Source: Spirogloea muscicola (Eukaryota). Taken from it: a stretch of 64,000 nucleotides of DNA. The notes under the pieces were generated by a model. It saw only the letters and a program-made list of their open reading frames with translations. It was not told the origin of the DNA and searched no databases. The position numbers were made by a program, and so were the translations under genes. The stretch is from contig WELB01000010.1 in NCBI GenBank assembly GCA_009602725.1, forward strand, positions 574,535 through 638,534, given 5' to 3'. Shown in pieces: positions 1 to 11,135 of this stretch (its first letter is position 1; every line of letters starts with the position of its first letter).

Positions 1-159
1 GGGGAGGAGAGGGAGGGGGGGGTGTGGACCGAGCCAGGCGGCGGACTCGTGGGGGGGGGGGGGTAAGCGACCCCGCCGGGCCCGTCAGCCCAATGGGACT
101 TCAACGGTAGAGAGAGTGGCTCCCCCAACGGGGGCGACGGTGGCCCCCGTCACTAGCCT

Positions 160-1745
160 AGCATCTCCGACCTGCGGCTGCTTGGCAGAGGTTACTAAAT
201 GATTCTCCTGTAGCTCTTTGGACTTTGTCCATTCTTTTTTGGCTGGCTTCTGCCAGCCCCTCTCTTCTATGGGCGAGCTTTTTCTTCGTCACTAAACCCC
301 CCCCCACCCCCTCGCCCGTGTCCACTGCCCCTCCCTCCCACCAAGCCGGCGCTCCGATGCGGTCAGCAGTCAACGGCGCAGTATCACCTGGGGCCGCGCC
401 CTGGCTGCTGCTGAAGACGCCCTTTTGGCCGTTTCTGGCTGTGTGGGTTTGGCGCCTTCCGGCCCCGTGGACCTTGTGACTTCCTGGGCTGGCTTCCTCA
501 CAAGCCCCCACCCGCTTTGGAAGGGCTCACGTCTTCTTGGGGCTGGCCTTGCCTCTGCGGGCTGGCCGTGCTCTAGCTGCAGCCTCTGGCTTACGTCAAG
601 GGAACTGCTTTGCAAATGTTCCATATGCGGCTATCCATATCTTTCCAACGGTCCCAGGCTCAACACACAGTGCACTTGCAGCCATGGCACTGGCAAGCCG
701 TGCCATGGCTGCTGCTTCAGGGTCTCATTGTGCCTCTTTTCCAGCTGCAAGTTACTCCGACTTGCGACTGCTGACTCGTGGTTACCAAGCTCCATTCGCT
801 GTGGTCTCTTGCATAGCTGTGTGGTTTTTAGCGCAGTTAGACCTTGTTCATTCTTTCTGGGCTAGCCATTCACAGCCCCCGCCCCCTTTGGACTAGCTCA
901 CTTCCTTTCTCCTCTGGCTCTGGCCAGGGGACCCACTTCCAGGAGCCTAGCTTCTCTGACCTGAGGCTGCTTAGCAGGGGTTACTGAGTGATCCGTAGCT
1001 GCTTTGTTTCTTTGTGTGCTTGTTTTTCTGACGATTCCCCTGGCCCCCTTCTCGTCTTTAATTGATTCTTTTTTGGGCTGGCTTTTCCAGCCCCTATTCT
1101 CAATGGGCGAGCACTGTCTTCCTTTCCGGCTTTCAGTGCTTTTCGGGCCCTTTGGACATTGTCTTTGTTTCTAGGGCTGCTGTTCACAGCCCTCGCACCC
1201 TTTCTTTCCTTTGAACGAGCCACTTTCGTTGGGAGAGCTGATTTCATTCCGGAGCTAGTCTTTGTGACGTGCGGCTGCTAAATAGAGGTTACTATTGTTT
1301 ATCCTACATGGTACTTGCTTAATTATATCTGTCAGCGCTTTTCGGCCCCTTTGGACCTAGTTGGGCTGGCTTTTCACCACCCTCGCCCCCTTCAGAAGAT
1401 CTCTCCTATTTTTTGGGGCTGGCCTTTCACACTATCTCTGACCTGCGGCTGCTCAACAGTAGATATTGAGCACCGGTGGCCACTTGAGTCGCTGTGTGCT
1501 GTAGCGCTTTTCTGGCCCCTTTGAGCTTTGTATTTTCTCCTCTCTATTCTGGGCTGGCCAATCACAGCCATTGCCCTCCTCTGTAAGTCTGTCTCTCACA
1601 TGGAGTCATTCGTTCACAAGGCGGGTCCAACGCCGCTGGCTCGCTGGCCCAGGTTTCGTATACGCCTGTCCACCGCCCTTCAGCACTCCTTGGCCCACGC
1701 CTTGCATCTGCGCAGCGTGGAGCCCTTGACCTACCGCCGCCGCTC
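160..1745 (+). mobile_element. Head-to-tail stack of about 8 or more 5'-truncated 3' ends of a CRE-like (RLE) non-LTR retrotransposon, mostly UTR family 1
   Basis: Recurrent ORF ends DLRLLGRGY* (~168-200), SDLRLLTRGY (~756-787), SDLRLLSRGY* (~955-987), DVRLLNRGY (~1267-1294), SDLRLLNSRY* (~1437-1469). Each is followed by a GGGCTG-GC(Y)n-CAGCCC hairpin (e.g. 1075-1093). FRIRLSTALQHSLAHALHLR at ~1654-1713. Confidence 0.8.
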
Positions 1746-2263
1746 CTCGAGCCCGAGGAGTCCACTTATGAACAATCAATCCTTACAGTAGTTTAACCTA
1801 CACAGTAGCTACACTCTGTGCACCATTAACACCTAGATCACATCCATATGCCCTAGACCTCTTAACAAGCAGTAGTTGGACCTTTTCGCAAACACCAGTC
1901 ACACTGCCCTACTGTACAGTGTGCTTCTTTACAGCACTTGCTGACAAAATCAATGGTGTTGCAACCTGCAAGAGCTCCCAGCCACCCTACTGTTCTGCGC
2001 TGCTTCAGCCCCTTCAGCAACTGCCGTGTTGCAAGTCCCACTACAATAGGGAAAATCCTGAACGCTACAATCAGTTGAAACCACTGCAGTAGGATTGTGT
2101 AATAAATGGACAGGCTATTCTTATGCCCCTCTCCTGGCACAGCATTGCACCAGAGCACTGGAGCACCCCAAAGAAGGAATTATCACAAACATGGGCACAC
2201 GCATGTGCGTTTGCCTGGGCAAGGCCGAAGTGTGGTGCAAGAGGGCGCTCTTTTGAGCTGCCG

Positions 2264-5200
2264 CTATATCCACAGCTCTGGCAGCTCCTCGTATCTCCTG
2301 TACTCCTGGCACACCTCGTCCACAATCCTCTCTGTCTCGTCGTCCTGGCCCTGAACAAAAGTGTAGACCCTGTAGTTGAAGTTAAAGGCCTTCTCCAGCG
2401 TCTTGACAACACGCTTCACCCGCGGCAGCTCTGTTGGCTCTATTGTTCCCTCCAGCGTGACTGCCACCATTGCCTTAATTAGACGACTTTCCTGGCAATG
2501 GCAACAGAAGGTCAAATTGTGAGCCAAAAGTACGTCACTGACATTCCATAACCGACAGAGCCGACCTCTGCAGGCGATTGAATGAATGTCAGCACTGACT
2601 AGTCCACGTGGTCTTTAACATAACAACTGCAAACCACCTAATGAGGTGCAGACAGAGGATGCGTCACAATAACACCCAAGCCACGACCAGATGGAAGTGC
2701 TTGTGAGGAAGCAGCAAGGACGGTGCCAGACCAAGTGCAGGCTGTGAGCAGAAGAAAGCATAAGCTACAGCAAAAGGTGCCAGAAGCTTGATGATAACCT
2801 GTAAGCAAACATCCAGGAACTGGCCAGCATGGGACACAGCAGCCTCCTTAATTCGGGTGAGAATGCCAAAGTCAAACTCAATTTTCTGGGCCTGGAACCG
2901 CTTCTTGTCTTCGTCCTTGGACTTCTCGATCGCATTGAATTGCTTCTCCATCTGCAAAAAGGCACCAACCATCAAGCTGCGTACTTGCGCGGCACTTTGC
3001 TGTCGTGGACAGAGGCAGGACGGCAGTCAAAGGAGTGACTTCGTCAACGCCAAACCTTGTCAAAGTAGCGAGTGAGGCGCTCGAGCTCGCCGCTTGCCGG
3101 GTGCCGGAGCTCCTGAGTGGTGAGCAGCAGCTCCTGTCTCTGCCGCTCCTTGAGCTCTGTCGCCTTGGCCTTGAAGTCCTTGACGCAGGCCTCCAAGTCC
3201 TTGGCCATAGTCTCCAGGCGCAGGAACAGCGATGCTGCCTCGCGAATGGTGTCGAGCTTCTTGCTTGGGAAGGGAAACTTGGACAGGACCTGCGAGAGAA
3301 CCGTCAGACTGTCAGCCTCTCCTAACAGCAGCCTTTCCTCTCAGTGCATTCAGTAATTTGACAGCAATAGTGAACATGGCGCCATGCCGGCCTTTTGCCA
3401 AAAGCGTGATAGGTGGGATACATTGGGGAAAGTGATTGGGCATGCACCTGATTCTCGTCCGTTAGCTTCTCCAGCATAACATCGACCTTATTTCGGAAAG
3501 CAACAAGCGAGTTCATGTCAGAAGTCTGGAATGCGTCCACAAGGTCTTTGGCTTCCCAAATTGCTGGCGCGTGCTGTACCACATCCTCCTCGACCTGTTT
3601 GTAAAATGCAGACCTGGCAAGTCAACACCCAACAGTGTAGGAGCAATGTTCAGCTTTTGGTGAGGTACTCCTTTGAACGTGACGCAAAGGCATCTGCATA
3701 GTGAAAGCCTGTGTACAATCCAGTTGGCAGTAGTCAGCATAAAGAGCATAAAGAGCACAAAGGAAGCCCAACAATGCATACTTCTTGGTGATCTCCTCAA
3801 GCGCAGCCCCCATGCCCTCCGACGAGCCGCCATTGTTGCGGGCACCGAGGACAGCGGCCTGCGCGGCCTCCCGCCACCAGCGCTGCCCCTCATGCGCTGC
3901 AGGTTTGGGTCAGCGTGCGACTTGATGAGGCGGTACATCTGTCCCATCTTGGCGTTGCGCTTGAGCCGGCCCTCACGCTGCTCCTTGAGCAGCTGCGCGA
4001 TCGACTTGCCCTTCATCCCAGGAGGAGGAGGTGGGGGAGGGCCCCCGCCAGGCCCCCTCTTGGCACCGCCTGGCGGAGGTGGTGGAGGAGGGGGCGGCCC
4101 CCCTGCAGCTTTGGGTGGCGGCGGCGGCGGCGGCACCACCGCTGGCTTGGGCGCCGCCGGCGGCAAGACGAGCCGCTTGGGCGAGCTGATGCCCAGGCCG
4201 CCGGCAATTCCGCCGGCGCCCACATCAATGGAGAGGTCTCGCTTGAGTGTGGACGAGATGCCGCCGGGCCCTGGGTTGGCGAGTGTGGGCCCCATGCTGG
4301 CCATGGAGCGCGGCTTCTCCGCAGCAGCATCAGCGGCAGCCGGCCCGAAGCTCGCGCCTGGCGATGGAGCCGCTCCTGCAACGCCTGACCCGCCGAATCC
4401 TGGCCCCTGACCTGGCCCAAGGCCGGGACCGAGCCCTGGTCCAAGGCCGGGCCCGTAGCCAGCGCCCAGGCCTTCTACTCGTCCAGGTCCGAGGCTGGGG
4501 CCATAGCTGTGGCCGAACCCATCACCGAGTCCGGCTCCATATCCAGGGCCGTAGCCTGGGCCGAGGCCGCTACCATTGCCGCCAATGCCGCCATCGCTAT
4601 ACGGCTTGGCAAAGGACGTCCTGCCCAGGCTGGCGGAGAGGCCCCCAGTGCGAGGCGAGGAAAGGGAGAAGGCGGCGGAGGCGCCTGCCGCTGGCCCGAA
4701 GGTCTGCGGCCGGGCCTGGCGGACAGGCGAAGCGGAGAAGCCTCGGCTGACAGAGCTGCCCTGCCGAGGAAGCGCGTCCAGCAGCGACGGCTGGAGGGAC
4801 GGCGCCCCAGGCAGCGGCGAGAGCAGTGCCATCCGGCCGCCCTCCTCCAGCAGGAACTCCAGCGGGGGCCAGAGCAGCGGCGCAGCGCCAACGTTTGCAT
4901 AGCGCACGCTGGGCCTGGCCTTCTTGGGCGAGGGCGGCGCTGGCGCTGCCGTGGACGCTGCCTGAGTGGGCCAGATGGACGTCGGCTGGATGGTGTCCAG
5001 AGTGTCCGGCGATGACGGCCCAAGCACGGACCTGACAAAGGGGGCAGAGCTCAACGGTGCCAGAGGGGGCTTGATGGGCACTGGCGCAGTCATCGGCCGG
5101 GAAATGGGCGCCAAGAAGGACCCGGCCACCTGGCGCGCGCGGGGCGAGAGTGGCCCCCGGCACTGCCTCGGGCTCTGGGTCCTGCATGGCGTCCACCTTC

Positions 5201-6434
5201 TTCGTCTTGTCCTCGAAGTGCATGCTGTTCAGCTTCCGCAGAATCTTATGGCCTGCGACGGGAACATGAAGGTACATGAAGTCAAGTAATGCATCACGTA
5301 CAAGGTTGGCATCAGTGCTAACTTGCTCAGTGGCTGATCACTTGCTTGAGGCTGAAGTCGTCTGCACTTGCTTCCTTGACAGCAAAAAGGCGCTGAAGAA
5401 CTCACTCAGCTCATCAAGCTCGTGTTCCTTGCTGCTGCTAAAGGCAGCATCGGAACTGCGCCGCTGGCGGCTGCGGCGCTGCTCGCGCTTGAGCTCCTCA
5501 GCAAGAGGTGACGGTACCCCTGCAAAGCTTGTGCGTGGGGAGCTGCTGCGCTTGGCCTCGCGAGCCCGCTGCTTCACCAACCGCCGCTCCGCCAGCTCTA
5601 ACAATAGCGAAGTGTTGGGGGTGACACAGGAACCACATTGTGTAGGGCCGGTCAGACACAGGATGGAGCTTGGCATCGTTGCCTCGTAGCTGACCTGAAT
5701 TTGCAACCAGCAGCAGCACCTGTCTACATAAGTGACTCAAGGAGGAAGCACAAGATGCACGCCTTACCCTGCATCTTCCTTGCTGACGCTTTCTCGGCAC
5801 CTTCATCCAGCGATATCACGCTTTCATTGTCCTGCAAAGATGCAGGCCATTGACTGACATGAGGCGAGTTCGCAGGCAAGATGGTGTGTTGAGCCAAGAC
5901 AATGTGCAGTAGAGGCGAAACAAAAGTAACAGGAGCAAGCAAATGTCTTGCATATCATGCGGAGCCACAGGTGCTTACGCTTGGATAGTCCGGATCAGAG
6001 TCGTCAAGGTCAACAAGTGGCGTCTGCGGAGGGACATCATGAGATGTAGCACGATGAGCAGGGTTGTCCTTGCAATGTCGTGCAGCAATATTGTCTTGAG
6101 CAGAACGACTGTCAACCAGGTTAGACACATATCCGCACACGTATAGACGAGATGTTCTGCTCAGATTCGTGCACATCACCAAGCGCTGAACAAAGCAGGC
6201 AATGATGGCAAGAGGCGCATTGCTCAACGCAACTGACCCTGTGTGCAAAGCTCTCAATCCACGTGTTCTCCATGGAGCACAACGTGTTGTATAGGTTCTC
6301 AAGTCTCTGCAGAGGTTGCAGAAGCACTCCAGAAACAGCATCAGAAACCAGGCAAGTGGTATGATCAGCTGCTGAGCATGCCTGCAAGCAACATGTCCAT
6401 CTGTTCAGGTGTGACGGCATCTTTGGTAGCTGAC
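2264..6434 (-). CDS. At4g04980-like / CHUP1-C-terminal-domain proline-rich protein; multi-exon, 5' end lost in the gap at 6462, two apparent frameshifts
   Basis: Spliced motifs LKRNAKMGQMYRLIK, GMGAALEEITKK|SAFYKQVEEDV, FQTSDMNSLVAFRNKVDVMLEKLTDENQ|VLSKFPFPSKKLDTIREAA, IEFDFGILTRIKEAAV, AFNFNYRVYTFVQGQDD. Poly-Pro tracts ~4020-4135. Stop TAG 2264-2266; last exons 2264-2491 and 2799-2951. Confidence 0.75.
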
Positions 6435-6470
6435 CTGAAACATAGGCTTCTGCTCCGAGTTNCTCTAATT

Positions 6471-9400
6471 TCATGTTGCGTTTTTGTGCTTGAAACCAAA
6501 GTCCTCAAGCACACCCTGCAGCACTGAAGAGATTGTATCAGATTGTAGTGTACTGTTATCTCTGCTAATCTTCGGCAATGGAATTGAGTAAAATGTCCAG
6601 GAAAGACAGTGAAGGGCACAACATCTGCTGGTCATTCAAAAGTTACCAGAATGTCTACTCACAAGTGCGTCATTGATACCGTAGGCAATGCAGTAGTGCT
6701 CCTGCAAATGCACCATACATTTTCAGTAGTCAACAATCTGCAAGCACCTTGTAGACCCCCCTTGAAGTTGTCGCAACATGCAGATTGTCATGATCTGCTT
6801 CTGAATTGTACAGCAAGCCCCTTGTCTTAAAGGCAAAGCCGTCACTACCTGCATAATGTGCCACTCCTCGAATTCGTCAAACAGTTCTAGCCTCTCTATC
6901 CTGCACGGGCAGCATCTCAGCTGTTCAGCCACAACCAAGGCACATGTTCAAGCCCAAGAAACTTCTGCTGCGCTGCTGCGAAGCATAACCTCGTAGTATT
7001 GCAGAGTGAATGAAACCCTAGCCTGGACTGGCAGGACCTGCAGCTTGTATTTTTTGTAAAAGACTGTCTCAAACAATTGGAGATAAGCATCAATACCTCT
7101 TGAGATCTGTTTCATCTAAGGTGGAGTAGATCTCATCCATATCATGAGCCTGTGCCACCTGCACATGGCAATACGAAAGCTTGAGCTTGAGCCTGGAAGT
7201 TAGCACCCGCGTCACATCCTCAATGCAATCATCATCATGCAAAATACCGAACACATCATTCAGTACTATAAGAATTTTCGTGTATTTGAAACAAACGAAG
7301 GCCAAATGGCCAAGTACAAAGGCAAGCACATCTTAAGACCTACATAACCTACAGTAGATTGACCCGCTCAGAAACCGCGGGTCAAAACATAAAGGTCGCT
7401 AACCGATGCCTGAATACTAGGTGGCAGATACGAAGCCAAAGGAAGGACAATACTATGGAGTCGGCAGATTCAAGCCTCCAGGTATGATCACCTTCTATCA
7501 CAAGATAACTAAGTGACAGCTCAATTGACTCACCTTCCAGCCACAGGTTGTAAAGCGTCTCTTCTTGGACTCGAGATCATGAGTGTCTTCTATGCCGAGC
7601 AAAGGGCAGCCTCTGCTCTGAAACACCGCATGAATAGATGAGAATGAGCTCTTGATCAGCACAGAAGAGTAGGCTTGTCTCATGGCTTGTCCCAAGTGTG
7701 TCATTATCAAAAACCATGTCAAATGATTGTACTGGTTAGCAAAATCTAGCAAAATCTAGCAAATCCTGTTGATCACCTAGAAACGCTTCCAAAAAAATGG
7801 CGGATACCAGGAATTACCTCCAAATTCAGGAGCATTTGCTGTCCAAAGGGATCATGGGGTCGGATCTGGAATCAAACTTGACCTGATTATGATATACTAC
7901 AATTGAATTGACATGGGAACTTAGAGAACCTAATCAAGTGATCTCACCTTTATGCTGCAAATTTTCTACCTAGCTAAACACCAAAAGCATAGAGATCCAA
8001 CATGCACAAAAGAACGATAACTACAATTGACGTTGGCAGCTGATTGAAGGCCTGTGGTATGAATCTGTGGCCTCCCATGGACAGGCAGTGGTGTAGCACT
8101 TTCTGACGTGCACAAGTACACGAGCTGGACAATTACCTGCTCATATATGACAAAAGCGGCAGTTGTGAAATGCTCCCCTGCCCACTTGCAGATGTTTTGG
8201 CTGCTTTCGGGTTCCAAGTATATCAATACACACTCCGCCAGGATCAAGCTGGGCAGGCTGAAAGAGAGAAAAGAGGTCATACATGTGAAGTACTTCACAA
8301 CAAGCTGCTTACTAACGTGAAGATGTGTGGAGATGTGCGTGTATGTCCAAGCAACCATCAAGCTACAAATGCCTGCTCTAACAGGGGAGCATGCTACAGC
8401 TTGCTGAGTTACCTGACATCAACAGCAGCTCTGGCAAGAGCAGAGTCTAAAGACTGCAGGTCGCGTAGATCCACCGGTATGAGATGATACGAAGAGCTAT
8501 GGAGCTCACCCTTGTCTGCAGACATAAGTATCCGTTTGAGAAAGCCAATTTGGCAGGCGACGGCGGAGCCAGGTGTGCAGAAATGATGCAGAGCCAGACG
8601 AGGCCTATTCCATTACACATGCAGGACTTGAGTACGTTGGGAAGCTGTACGTACATTCACTTCCTATCTACAGCATTGGGCAAGTATTGTAGAATAGGAC
8701 TGAGATTCAAGTACCTGCATGTATGACTGGATCTTTCCCAAGACCTTGGAGTAGGTCACTGTGGCTGGAGATTGTGAAGGCCTTCCTGCTCGTCACCTGA
8801 ATAGAGGTGAATAAGGACAAACCGTGGCTGAGATAAGAAAGTCGCAAGCTGTACAAAACATGAAGGCTAAGAGAAGTGCAGTAGATACATACTTTTGAGC
8901 TAGATAGGACTAGCTGCTAACAGCCATCTGCTTAGAGCCAAAGGACCCCTTTACGGGTCCGAACGACTCCTTGCTTCATGGGTTCCAGGTTGCAGACCTC
9001 CTGGAAGTCCACCTCCACGTACTTGTATGGAGCACGTCCTTCTTTCTGCCGTAATTGTTAGTGCAATGCAAGCATGATATCAGTACCTGCATATAAGCAG
9101 CCGCATGTAGCTAGTTGTCATATAATGATGTAGATGTCACTTTCACAAGCTCACCCGCCGTGACATTGTTAGCACAAAGAGCGCATACACAGTACAACTA
9201 CATGACGACAATGTCCTTCAGCACATCTGCTTGCCTGTGTGCTGCTCTTTTTTCAATAGCAAGGTGGCAATTAGGGCTGGTAAGTTGGTTGCTACCTGCA
9301 ACTGGAAGAATGTGGTATCAAAACCAGCTCCTAATGAGATGACTTGTTTCTGGAGAAGGTGCTCTGTCTCTGCTTGTAGCTCTGCTTCCAAAAACTGCTC

Positions 9401-10165
9401 TACGAGGTTGCGGATGGCTGCCCACCGTGCGTAGTACCCTGCCTTTCTGCAGCAAACTGTCATCAGCCAATACGGACTGGCGAGGGGGCCTTCCCAAGCA
9501 ACAAGGCATCAATCTGAAAGACGAAGAAATCTGGACTATTGCTTTTGCTTATGATAATGAATGCCTAGCGGATGGTCTAAAAATAGGGTAGCAGATGGGA
9601 TTTTGCATGTAAGTCCCTCATCAGATGGTAAGCCATGAGGAAGCAGCACACGTGCAGCATCGGCGGGCAAGTGTTGATATGTCTCTTCAGACCTCGATTG
9701 ATCACTGGAGCTCTTCGGGCGGGTCTCCTCACAAAATGATGGACAAAGTCATCTTTGAAGTATCCCTTCTTGACACACGACCTGGCACCACGCTCAGTTG
9801 TTCGTCAGTGCCTCACAGTTAGTCCAATCAACCTGCCTAGCTCGAACGAGCTCACCTCCAAAGCAAAGGCAAGACATGGACTGTTCAGCCTGCAGAACTG
9901 CAGCATGATAAGCTCTGCGAAGCGCCCTTCTGCTGCCTGCTTTCGACTGCCTGGCTGGGGCATGCCAATCAGTGGGCCAGACTCAGCACAACCTGCCATC
10001 CCATGCCATCCCAAGCATGAGAGCAGCACAATGTTAAAATGCAATGCACCTGACATATGTCTGCGTCAGGGAAGGGCATAAGGAGAGGGCTCACAGCTTG
10101 CTGACGGTGGCGTCGTCGTTGGTGCCCTGGACAGTGGCATCCAGGCTCCCACGTGGCACCGCCAT
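6471..10165 (-). CDS. LCMT1: Leucine carboxyl methyltransferase 1 (PP2A methyltransferase), about 11 exons
   Basis: MAVPRGSLDATVQGTNDDATVSKL|SCVKKGYFKDDFV..RRAPVINR|GYYARWAAIR..KQVISLGAGFDTTFFQL; LILAECVLIYLEPE; IRPHDPFGQQMLLNLE|SRGCPLLG; IERLELFDEFEEWHIMQ|EHYCIAYGINDAL|GVLEDFGF...TGA at 6471. GT-AG junctions keep frame. Confidence 0.93.
7275..7447 (-). mobile_element. Truncated retroelement 3' end (UTR family 4) inside an LCMT1 intron
   Basis: Minus strand reads ASYLPPSIQASVSDLYVLTRGF*. The following UTR is near-identical to the tandem pair at 31331-31520. Imperfect flanking duplication cagtactataaga (7261-7273) / caatactatggag (7448-7460). Confidence 0.8.
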
Positions 10166-10346
10166 GTGCCGACAGTGCAGGCAGGTGGTGCACGGGCAGC
10201 TCTGCCACACGAGCGAGCACACCGAAGCAGACCGGCGACGGCGGGGCCCCGGCGGCGGCGGGCGCGCGGCGCGGCGGCCTCAGGCCGGCGCAGGTGGCGG
10301 AGGGCGTGGAGCAGGAGTGCGGAGCAAGTGGCACTGCTGGCAGAGA

Positions 10347-10887
10347 ATGCGGCTGCTGGTATTGAAAGAGCGGCTGTAAGAGGCCAGCCAGATGCATACA
10401 GATGCTGGTTACAGCCCGCTCGTCTCCTTGTCACCGCCGCACCACCAACAATGGAGCGCCCACCAGGGGCGCGCCGTCGCCGCCTGCCCGTCTCCCCCGC
10501 CGCTTCCCGTTCGTTTCATGCGCACCGTGCGCCTTTTCCTTGCTCCGGCCCGGTCCTTCCAGTTAACAGGACATTTGTAGGGCTAGAATTGGCCTCCCCT
10601 TCAATGTCATGCGCACCGCGCGCCTTCTTCCAGACCTTGGAGAGCAAGCGCGGCCAGATTAACTGGTGGCTGGGAGAGGCCAGCCCAAAAGAATGGACAA
10701 GGTCTGAAGGAGTCGGAGTGCTAAGGACTGAGACAGCAGTAAGCGAACTCTCAGTAACCTCTCGTCAGTAGATGCAAGTCTGAGTAGCTAGCAGGCGGAA
10801 AGACGTCGCCCTGACGGAAGCCGGAGGCCGCCGCCAGAGCGCGGCCTGCGCGCAAGTGGACCGCAAAAGCTAGGGACCGCTGCACAG
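10347..10887. mobile_element. Cluster of retroelement 3' ends (families 3, 2, 2, 1) in the divergent LCMT1 / ATP6AP2-like gap
   Basis: Family 3 terminus (-) ~10350-10410. Family 2 termini (+) ~10505-10540 and 10563-10626, the latter flanked by cttccag at 10556-10562 and 10627-10633. Family 1 copy (-) encodes QRSLAFAVHLRAGRALAAASGFRQGDVFPPASYSDLHLLTRGY* (10887-10751). Confidence 0.8.
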
Positions 10888-10888
10888 N

Positions 10889-10979
<91 letters not shown>

Positions 10980-10982
10980 GTC

Positions 10983-11023
<41 letters not shown>
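10889..11023 (+). repeat. About 89-nt poly(A) run next to an n gap, followed by a (GCC)n microsatellite
   Basis: Seen directly: n at 10888, A-run 10889-10977, (GCC)n ~10984-11023. Confidence 0.9.
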
Positions 11024-11026
<3 letters not shown>

Positions 11027-11135
11027 TGCGCCGACGAGGGGCGGTGCGCCTCCACCTATCCCAGACGACGGCTCCACGAAAGCGCGGCAGCGTGGGGCTT
11101 GCTCCGAGCAGGGTCCACCGCCACCTGCGGGTGCA

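Noticed and set aside
537..896. Short ORFs ending SDLRLLTRGY as a small-peptide gene family
   Set aside because: Starts are inconsistent, frameshifts are frequent, 5' ends are ragged and TSDs are present, which fits dead truncated copies.
1075..1093. GGGCTGG-CTTTT-CCAGCCC as a histone stem-loop, intrinsic terminator or Helitron end
   Set aside because: No histone ORF, no downstream U-tract and no CTRR terminus. It always occurs as part of the retroelement UTR.
160..1745. CRISPR-like array (recurring hairpin repeat with variable spacers)
   Set aside because: Repeats are degenerate, the spacers are homologous to one another and carry a decayed ORF end, there are no cas genes, and the context is a eukaryotic intron-rich genome.
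3673..5038. Long antisense and alternate-frame ORFs over gene 1 (similar ones at 39849-41788 and 62467-63738)
   Set aside because: Expected shadows of GC-rich exons with few stop codons; no recognisable motifs.
7741..7765. aaaatctagc tandem duplication in an LCMT1 intron
   Set aside because: Trivial 10-bp slippage duplication.
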